This document shows positions 57,124 to 64,000 of a DNA stretch of 64,000 bases, one piece after another (within the stretch, counting starts at the first letter, position 1; each line of letters starts with the position of its first letter). The translations under genes were made by a program, and so were the position numbers. The stretch covers positions 1 to 64,000 of the forward strand of contig JAVZLS010000004.1 of assembly GCA_038883715.1 (NCBI GenBank). The letters run 5' to 3'. The notes beneath the pieces were generated by a model. The model had not been told where the DNA came from. It saw only the letters and a program-made list of their open reading frames with translations, and searched no databases. Source of the DNA: Candidatus Bathyarchaeia archaeon (GTDB lineage Archaea; Thermoproteota; Bathyarchaeia; Bathyarchaeales; Bathycorpusculaceae).

Positions 57124-57778
57124 TTGTGATGTATATTTCTTCTGTTTCTTCGTCTTGCCAGAGGCTTACTTTCCCCTCCTGAGCCAAGAAAAGCAGGATA
57201 ATGAATGTACGTATGGCTTCAAGGCGCGCCATTCCCCTAATTATGGTTGAAAACTGAATTATTCCAGAGCCCTTCACCATTTCGGAGAGGGACTTGTAGA
57301 GTCTTTCCATTTGAAGTTCAATTTCCATGAGGTAATAGTCTATTTGTGGGAAGATTTCAGAGGGTGTTGGCAGAATAGGTTCGGCTGGGGTTTTTTCTAG
57401 GCGGAAGAGTGCCTCCCCTTTTAGAACGTCGTCTAATACTTCTAGTAAGTGGCGTATGGTTGTTGATGTTAGCTCGTGTCTTAGCGGCAGAAGAAGCGGT
57501 GGTGGGATAAAGTCTAATGGTGGTTTTGGCGGTGGTGGTGGCTCCTCAAGTTTTAGGAGAAGCTTTGACTTCATTAGATATATGAGGGCTGAAGAGTCTA
57601 AGGCTACGCCTGAAGCCCTAAAATCAATCTGTCCGGTTTTCTCCATCTCTTCTAGGAAAGTTGTTAACAGATAAGCTATGTTTATGTTCCATGGGGTTAA
57701 CTTTTCAAGTTTGTGGAACTCGAAAAGGATGTTCCATGGCGGATGAAGGTAGAAGGGCTTTTTGATGGTTGCTGCCAT
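57083..57778 (-). CDS. scpA: Kleisin ScpA
   Basis: PWNINIAYL, ALIYLMKSKLLL, C-terminal FIILLFLAQEGKVSLWQ; lies between smc and scpB. Confidence 0.88.
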   Translation of the reverse strand: MAATIKKPFYLHPPWNILFEFHKLEKLTPWNINIAYLLTTFLEEMEKTGQIDFRASGVALDSSALIYLMKSKLLLKLEEPPPPPKPPLDFIPPPLLLPLRHELTSTTIRHLLEVLDDVLKGEALFRLEKTPAEPILPTPSEIFPQIDYYLMEIELQMERLYKSLSEMVKGSGIIQFSTIIRGMARLEAIRTFIILLFLAQEGKVSLWQDEETEEIYITIGGPDAANGSPTR

Positions 57779-57779
57779 T

Positions 57780-60700
57780 CTAACTTGGCACCTCTAGGAA
57801 CTTGGCTGAAACAACATATGAGACGCCGTTCCGCCCGTAAACCCCATAGACCTTTTGAGCTTTGTTAACCATTTCAGGCTTTAACGTAATAACAATAAAT
57901 TGGGCTTTCTCGGACTCCTCCAGCAAGACGTCAGCAAGTCTTGACACGTGGAAAGCGTCTAGGTGTGCGTCAATCTCGTCAAGTATGTAGAAGGATGCTG
58001 GTGTGAAGTCTTTTATGGCGAAGAGGAAGGCTACGGCTGCCACTGAACGTTCACCACCGCTGGCACCGCTGACCACGATGGACGGCTTGTTGGGAAACTG
58101 GACGATCATGTCTATGCCACCGGAGAAGGGCTCTTCTGGATTCTCCAAAATTAGGTTGGCTGTCCCACTGCCGGTAAGTTTGGAGAAGTATTTTTGCATG
58201 TTTTGGTTTATTTTTTCAAAGGCTTCCATGAACACCTTATGCTTTTTGCTTTCAATTTCCTCCATAAACTTTAGGATGACTTGCTTCTCCCTTTCCAACT
58301 CATTCATCCTCAAAGAGAGCTCTTTGTAGCGGGAGATTTGCTCCGCATAGTGGGAAAGCGCAAGCTGGTTGACACCGCTTATCCTTTCAAGTTCAAATTG
58401 GAGCATCTGCAAGGAAGCAGAAGCCTCCTCAACCTCTCTTGCTGTAACTTCTAAGGGTTTTTCATAGCCAAACTGTCTGAGCTGGTTCCGCCACTGTTCC
58501 AATTGTATAATGGATGTTTGGATGTTCAGCTGGTACTGGTTCAGCAATCGGTCTGTTTCCTCATATTCAGCTTCGATGTTGCGGAGTTCCTTGTCTATTT
58601 CGTCTATTTGGTTTGAGAATTTTTGAGCCTCTTCCTTTGCTGACAAAACAGTTTTTGAGAGTTCAATGCGGCTTTTCTCCAGTTCAGCCAACTCTTGCTT
58701 TAGTTTTTCTCTCTCTTGGAGCGCCTCTTCAACTTCACTTTCGACTTTCCGCAGTTGCTGTTCAACCTTTGCCAGCTGGATTTTAGCATTTTTGTAGCCC
58801 ACTCTTAAAACATTGTCAAACTGTGACTGAAGTGTTGAAATTTCTGTTTGGACGGCTCCAAGCTTCTGCCTTAAAGTGTTTATTTCCTCCGCCAGTTTTT
58901 CACGTTTAACTTCCATTTCTTGGATGTTTGCGGGGTCGACCTTCCGCCTTAGGCTCGCTAACTCGCTTTGTAGTTTGCGTATTTCCTTTTGCAGTGTGCT
59001 TCTTTCAGCTCTATAAGTCCATATTTTTGCCTTTTCAGCCTCAATCTCGCCTTCAATGCGCTTTATGTTGGACTCTATTCTTCTGACGTTTGACTTTGTT
59101 CTTTTTATGCTTCTTTTTACGCGGGAGATTTCCCTATCAAGTGTTGTTATGGCTTCGGACAAGCGGGCAATTTCAACTCTGGTTCTGTCTATTTCCTCCT
59201 CAAGAGTTGCTATGTCACTTCCACGTCTGGAAAGGTGTTGCTGTAAAGCTCTAACAGCCTCATCTAGGCTTTTTATCGCTGCCTCGCTTGGTATTATTGC
59301 TGAAAAGTCTATGGGTGCACGATAATAACCACTTTCTAAAGCGCCGCCAGGCTCGTATAAGTCGCCGTTCACCGTGACTACACGGTAGCCTTTGCTGGAA
59401 AGCTCGAAGGCGGTTTTGTCTTCTGGAACAATAAGAGTATCGCCGAAAACGAAGTAAACGGCAGGCTCATATTGTTTAGCGCATTTTACAAAGGAGAAGG
59501 CCGCACCACTAATGTTTCCGCCTTCTGGGACCTTCACCGGCTTTGTGGTTGAAACTGCTTCCAGCGGGATTATCTTTATCCTTCCAAGCTTCATTCTGCG
59601 AAGGGTTTCCGTGCATGTAAAAGCCGCGTCGAAGTCCTTAACAACTAGGGCGTCCAGCCATCCTCCCGCTGCAACCTCAATCGCTTGTTGGTAAGCCTTA
59701 TCAATTTTTATTAGGTTGCGCAGTCGCCCGTAGACGCCTTGAATGACGCCTAATTCGCCAAGCTCTTCTATGCTTTTTAGGGCTTTTTCTTCTGCGGCAA
59801 CTGTTTCAGCAAGTTCCCTTTGTGTGGCAAACTCCACAACGGCTTCGCGGGCTGATTCAGCTATTTTTCCAGCTTCAGCTATTTCTCGTTCTATGGCTTC
59901 TTTTTGGGCTATGCGGCGTTCTAGCATACGCTCCAAATTTTTGAGCTGTGTTTTCTGTTCTTTCTGGACTTTTATTAGCTCTGCGAGGGATTTTCCGAGT
60001 TCGCTGAGGGTTGTGGCGAATCTTTCTTTCCGCTCGCTCAGGTCTCTAAGTCTTCTTTCGCGGATTTTGATGGCTGTTTGGCTTTTAGCATGTTCAGACC
60101 TTAAGAATGCTAGCCGCTTATAGTCTCTGTCGAGTTGAAGTTCTATTTCGCGGATTTTCTTGCTGTTTTCGCCTATGCTCTCCCAAAGTTGGGCAGCTTC
60201 CTGTGCAAGGGCATCGTGTTCTGCTTGTTTAGTGTTGATTTGGCTTATTATGCGTTCATATTCACTTCTTAACTTCCTAATTTTGAGTCTGTTTTCGCGG
60301 ATTTCGTTCCTTATGGACTGGTATTGTTGGAGGCTGTTCTCCCTAACCCTTTTTAGTCCTTCTAGGCTTGTTTTTCCAGAGCTTATTTTTGTGGCTAGTT
60401 CTGTAAGCTTTGATTTCAGCTCACCTATTTTCATTTGAACCCTAAAAACCTGAGAACCGCCTTCTTCGACTATTTCTGAGCTTAGTTTTCGCCATTCGCC
60501 TTCTATTTCTCTTCGCTTCTGTCTGTACTGGTCTCTGAGCGTCCTAATCTTTTCCAGTCTGCTTTTAATCTTCTCGGCTTGAATGGAGTCCCGTTTAATC
60601 TTTTCTTGTATTTGTGCGATGTCGTGGGAGAGCTTGACAGCCTCAAACTTTTTAATCTCATTTTTAAGGAAGTTGTACCGCAATAGTTCGTTGCGTTCCC

Positions 60701-61328
60701 TTTCTAAGTCTTCAACCCGTCTTTGCACCTCTTCTATTCTTCCCATGGCGGTGCGGATGGAAATGTCTGCTGCCCTAAGTTTCTCTTCAGCTTCGGCTTT
60801 TTCCGCGTCGTATTGGGCTATCCCAACGAGGTCTTCAATTATTTTCCGCCTTTCCATTGGAGAGATGTCCGTCAGGCGGGTTATGGTGCCTTGCAACACG
60901 ATGTTTTGGCTGGTGGAGCTTATGCCAGCCATTGAAAGAATTTCCATTATGTGAACCCTTGAGATTCGCCTTCCATTAAGCCTATAAACTGACTGCCCAT
61001 TCCGGTAGACTTCGCGGGATATTGTGACAGTCGCCGTGTCAACTGGTATGCGTCCATCGGAGTTGTCAAACTGTATAACCACTTTAGCCATCCTAGCCCT
61101 TTCCAGCCCAGCCTTCTCCGAACCGTGAAAAATTAGTTTGGCAGCGTTTTCAGCGCGAAGCCTTTTAGTGCTTAATTCGCCTAGGGCGAACAAAACAGCG
61201 TCAACAACATTTGTTTTCCCGCTTCCATTAGGGCCTGTTATGGCTGTAAAACCCTTATCTAGGACTATTTTTGCCGTCTCTCCGAAGGATTTGAAACCTT
61301 TAATTTCTATTTTTTTGATATAGGGCAT
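57780..61328 (-). CDS. smc: Chromosome segregation protein SMC
   Basis: GFKSF, GPNGSGKT (Walker A), coiled coils, hinge GVYG..GG, SGGE signature, ILDEIDAHLD (Walker B). Confidence 0.97.
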   Translation of the reverse strand: MPYIKKIEIKGFKSFGETAKIVLDKGFTAITGPNGSGKTNVVDAVLFALGELSTKRLRAENAAKLIFHGSEKAGLERARMAKVVIQFDNSDGRIPVDTATVTISREVYRNGQSVYRLNGRRISRVHIMEILSMAGISSTSQNIVLQGTITRLTDISPMERRKIIEDLVGIAQYDAEKAEAEEKLRAADISIRTAMGRIEEVQRRVEDLERERNELLRYNFLKNEIKKFEAVKLSHDIAQIQEKIKRDSIQAEKIKSRLEKIRTLRDQYRQKRREIEGEWRKLSSEIVEEGGSQVFRVQMKIGELKSKLTELATKISSGKTSLEGLKRVRENSLQQYQSIRNEIRENRLKIRKLRSEYERIISQINTKQAEHDALAQEAAQLWESIGENSKKIREIELQLDRDYKRLAFLRSEHAKSQTAIKIRERRLRDLSERKERFATTLSELGKSLAELIKVQKEQKTQLKNLERMLERRIAQKEAIEREIAEAGKIAESAREAVVEFATQRELAETVAAEEKALKSIEELGELGVIQGVYGRLRNLIKIDKAYQQAIEVAAGGWLDALVVKDFDAAFTCTETLRRMKLGRIKIIPLEAVSTTKPVKVPEGGNISGAAFSFVKCAKQYEPAVYFVFGDTLIVPEDKTAFELSSKGYRVVTVNGDLYEPGGALESGYYRAPIDFSAIIPSEAAIKSLDEAVRALQQHLSRRGSDIATLEEEIDRTRVEIARLSEAITTLDREISRVKRSIKRTKSNVRRIESNIKRIEGEIEAEKAKIWTYRAERSTLQKEIRKLQSELASLRRKVDPANIQEMEVKREKLAEEINTLRQKLGAVQTEISTLQSQFDNVLRVGYKNAKIQLAKVEQQLRKVESEVEEALQEREKLKQELAELEKSRIELSKTVLSAKEEAQKFSNQIDEIDKELRNIEAEYEETDRLLNQYQLNIQTSIIQLEQWRNQLRQFGYEKPLEVTAREVEEASASLQMLQFELERISGVNQLALSHYAEQISRYKELSLRMNELEREKQVILKFMEEIESKKHKVFMEAFEKINQNMQKYFSKLTGSGTANLILENPEEPFSGGIDMIVQFPNKPSIVVSGASGGERSVAAVAFLFAIKDFTPASFYILDEIDAHLDAFHVSRLADVLLEESEKAQFIVITLKPEMVNKAQKVYGVYGRNGVSYVVSAKFLEVPS

Positions 61329-61448
61329 TAAGCTGGGCCCTCACCCCTAGATGAAACCGTGAACATACCGTTTTAGTGTGATTTCTGTGCTGTTTCGCTA
61401 TAAAAGTGTTGCATCCTTCACGTTTTAACGGTTATGCACTTTTTAACG

Positions 61449-61961
61449 CTACTTTTCGGGCTTAAAACCATATTTTGTAGCCATTTTCTTGACAAAATCT
61501 TTAAGGCGTTCATCATCGCCGTAGACAAGTAGGAAGCCGTCACTTTGCACTTCAAATGAAAGGTTTAATTCGCCAGCCAGAGCCTTCAAAGTCTCTATGG
61601 GCATTTCTTCGGAAGGCTTAATGCGTATCCAACGTTGGTCTCTTGGCAGTCCGGGGACAAAGCGGGTTTCCTCTTCCTCATCGAAAACTTTTCTGCTTGC
61701 TTCCTCCAGTCTTTTAACCCATCCTTCAATGTATTTGTCTCCGAACCTTTGTCCCTCCGAAATGAGGTAAGCCTCAACATTGTTTAGGTATTCCTCAATT
61801 TTTTGGCTTGTTTCAAGGCGTGTGGGGTCAGCCTTCAAAACATTGATTAGAGTTCTCGCGTTACGTAAATCGTTAAGGATGTCCGCTGGAACCACTGTAC
61901 CTTTTTTCTTTAAGTCTGTAATCATTTCTTCTAAAACTTTCCAGACAGCTAAATAACCCAA
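61449..61961 (-). CDS. DUF2096-like hypothetical protein
   Basis: WKVLEEMITDL, FVPGLPR, LLVYG...KDFVKKM. Confidence 0.7.
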   Translation of the reverse strand: MGYLAVWKVLEEMITDLKKKGTVVPADILNDLRNARTLINVLKADPTRLETSQKIEEYLNNVEAYLISEGQRFGDKYIEGWVKRLEEASRKVFDEEEETRFVPGLPRDQRWIRIKPSEEMPIETLKALAGELNLSFEVQSDGFLLVYGDDERLKDFVKKMATKYGFKPEK

Positions 61962-62045
61962 CTTTCCACCAGCCTTTAATCTTGATTTTGAACTATAAAA
62001 AGCGTTATTTTCAACAATCGGCGAAGCGACTAGATTTAGAAACTG

Positions 62046-62489
62046 CTAGACTCTTCTTCCCCTTCTTCCGCCAGGTCTCCGTGTGCCATCATGCGGTATA
62101 GGCGTGACCTCTTCTATCCTGCCTATGCGGAATCCTGCTCTAGCTAGGGCTCTTATGGCTGCTTGTGCGCCTGGTCCAGGCGTTCTTGGTCCTGGTCCGC
62201 CTGGCGCCCGCACTTTTATGTGGATGGCTGTTATTCCCTTGTCTTTGGCTATTTCTGCTGCTGCTGAGGCTGCCCTCATGGCGGCGTATGGCGACGACTC
62301 CAGCCTGTCGGCTTTAACGAACATGCCGCCTGATGTTCTAGCTATGGTTTCTGCTCCTGAAAGGTCTGTTATGTGGACTATTGTGTTGTTGTAGGAGCTG
62401 TATATGTGGACTACGCCCCACTTTTCAGTTTTTTTCGCTGCGGTTGTTGTTCCGCTTGTGCTTGTGCCTCCGCTACTGCCACTGCTCAT
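62046..62489 (-). CDS. rps11: 30S ribosomal protein S11
   Basis: [42 protein letters not shown]. Start set at ATG 62489. Confidence 0.96.
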   Translation of the reverse strand: MSSGSSGGTSTSGTTTAAKKTEKWGVVHIYSSYNNTIVHITDLSGAETIARTSGGMFVKADRLESSPYAAMRAASAAAEIAKDKGITAIHIKVRAPGGPGPRTPGPGAQAAIRALARAGFRIGRIEEVTPIPHDGTRRPGGRRGRRV

Positions 62490-62490
62490 T

Positions 62491-63063
62491 TTATTCTTCA
62501 CCCCTCTCTTTTCCAGCTTTCTTTCCAGCCTGTGTCGTGGCTGCAACGGCTATCATTTGGCGTATTGGGTGGCTTGGATTTGCCATGGGGCTGTCCGACG
62601 CGTAGGCAATTTTATCCTCTTCTTCTCTCGTCACTAGGTAGCTTGGCACTGTCACGCGTTGGTCGCCTATCACTATATGTCCGTGAGTTATTAGCTGCCT
62701 AGCTTGATAAATTGATTTGGCTAGTCCCTTTCTGAAGACTATTGTTTGGAGGCGCCTTTCAAGTATGTCCTCAACTGTTAAGTCTAAAACGTCGTCTAAA
62801 ACTGCTGTTTCATGGATTATTCCGAGCTTCTTTAAGCGTGATAGGAGTTCTTCCTCCATTTTTCTCCTTTCTTCCGGAGCCTTCCCTATTAGGGAGCGGG
62901 CTATGCCCCTAAATTTTGAAAGCATGGTTTTGTGGCGCCACAATTCGCGTTTATTCCGCAAGCCATACTGTCCCAAAAGTTTAAGCTCTTCTTGGAGGAC
63001 GTCTGTCCGCCATGGGAAACGCGGTGTTTCATACTTCTTTTTCTGTTTTTTAGGGTCTCCCAT
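62491..63063 (-). CDS. rps4: 30S ribosomal protein S4
   Basis: [35 protein letters not shown]. Confidence 0.96.
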   Translation of the reverse strand: MGDPKKQKKKYETPRFPWRTDVLQEELKLLGQYGLRNKRELWRHKTMLSKFRGIARSLIGKAPEERRKMEEELLSRLKKLGIIHETAVLDDVLDLTVEDILERRLQTIVFRKGLAKSIYQARQLITHGHIVIGDQRVTVPSYLVTREEEDKIAYASDSPMANPSHPIRQMIAVAATTQAGKKAGKERGEE

Positions 63064-63065
63064 GG

Positions 63066-63551
63066 TTACTTGCCACCGCCTCCAGGTTTCGCGGCAGCCT
63101 TCTTCTTAACCCCAACGGCTTTGCCCGTCCTCCCTGTTGTCCGTGTTCTTTGTCCCCTAACCTTTAATCCATAGGCGTGTCTGTATCCCCGCCAAGACTT
63201 CAGCTCCTTCATTTTTTCGATATCCATTTTTGTTCTTAGGATTAGGTCTGCGCTTATTAGGTGCATGTCCTTTCCAGTTTCTAAATCCTTCCGCCTGTTT
63301 AAGAGCCAGCCTGGTAGCCCAAATTTTGTTGGTTCTTTGATTATTTCCTCTATTTTTTCAACTTCCGCCTCTGTTAAGAAGCCAGCCCTTATGTTTGGGT
63401 CTATTCCAGCCTTTTTGAGGATGGCGTTGGCTAGGTTTAGGCTTATGCCCTTAATCTTTCTCAGGGCGTAGGGCGCCTTCAGGGTGCCGTCTATGTCTGT
63501 GTCCGTTATCCTTAGTATGTGGCGGAACTCTCTGGCTGTTTGGCTTGACAT
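63066..63551 (-). CDS. rps13: 30S ribosomal protein S13
   Basis: LRKIKGI, WLLNRRKD.ETG, WRGYRH..GLKVRGQRTRTTGR. Confidence 0.96.
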   Translation of the reverse strand: MSSQTAREFRHILRITDTDIDGTLKAPYALRKIKGISLNLANAILKKAGIDPNIRAGFLTEAEVEKIEEIIKEPTKFGLPGWLLNRRKDLETGKDMHLISADLILRTKMDIEKMKELKSWRGYRHAYGLKVRGQRTRTTGRTGKAVGVKKKAAAKPGGGGK

Positions 63552-63675
63552 TCTATGCATCCGTTCCCTGTTTGCAAACTAGAAGTTAATCATATTTTAT
63601 TTAAACTTTCCTAGTCGAAGGGAACCGAAAAACACTTAACAACGCATTTAAACAGCATTTTAAACTGGGCTGAAA

Positions 63676-64000
63676 ATGAGCGGCACACTGCTTGAGGACA
63701 CTGTTTCGGAAGCCTTCCGAAAGAGGGGCTTCATAGTTTTTACAAGGCAGAATCACTGTGATGTTTTGGCTGTCAAGCCCGACATGAGTTTGGCTTACCT
63801 TGTGGAGTGCAAGGATTATGCCCTATCCAGAAAACAACAGGTTTTGGCTGTTAGGGAGCTTAACCGCAATTACACCCATGCGTTGGAACTTTTGATAAAG
63901 CAGCGCTTATGTCCGCAGAAAATATTGAAGGTTCTTGTGGCTAGGGGCTTTGCCTACCAAGCAAGGGGCATACTGCAATACACTCCGGAAAATTTTATTA
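63676..64000 (+). CDS. PD-(D/E)xK nuclease-fold protein, 3' end beyond the window; not in the ORF track
   Basis: Hand translation MSGTLLEDTVSEAFRKRGF...HCDVLAV...YLVECKDY..., open to the edge; E...D...ExK motif as in Hjc/Mrr-like proteins. Confidence 0.7.
   Translation, partial: MSGTLLEDTVSEAFRKRGFIVFTRQNHCDVLAVKPDMSLAYLVECKDYALSRKQQVLAVRELNRNYTHALELLIKQRLCPQKILKVLVARGFAYQARGILQYTPENFI

Noticed and set aside
57495-57545. GGT/GGC-rich repeat in scpA as a DNA repeat element
   Set aside because: It simply encodes the Pro-rich kleisin linker (PPPPPKPPLDFIPPP)
1-64000. CRISPR array, IS/transposase, integrase or provirus
   Set aside because: No regularly spaced repeats, terminal inverted repeats or recombinase/transposase motifs were seen, and nearly all space is filled by recognisable genes

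Overview
Archaeal chromosomal window of mostly housekeeping genes, most likely from a TACK-group archaeon. Bathyarchaeia is an inference from a complete smc-scpA-scpB operon together with TACK-type ribosomal, exosome and RNAP proteins and frequent TTG starts. It holds about 70 CDS and two convergent tRNA genes (intron-containing tRNA-Leu(GAG) and tRNA-Gln(TTG)). The main blocks are an RNA-processing/modification cluster (EndoV, translin, Taw1, Trm5-family, Trm112), a nucleotide-sugar cluster, glnA-guaA with a divergent Lrp gene, TFB/aIF1/NrdJ/PncB, and a compact iron/oxidative-stress island (three ferritin-like proteins, flavodoxin, SOD, rubredoxin, OsmC, Prx, Lrp, CopB). These are followed by thyX, the proteasome-exosome operon, the rpoD-ribosomal-mevalonate-gltX superoperon, SMC-ScpAB and S13-S4-S11. 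Four genes missing from the ORF track were read by hand: rpoP, rubredoxin and two edge-truncated genes. No CRISPR array, IS element or integrase was seen. The most notable points are the stress island with an orphan encapsulated-ferritin gene and candidate operators, an intact nucleotide-sugar dehydrogenase that has lost its catalytic residues, the coupled translin-EndoV pair, and an apparent ~17 kb inversion separating S11 from rpoD. All family assignments come from motif recognition, not database searches.
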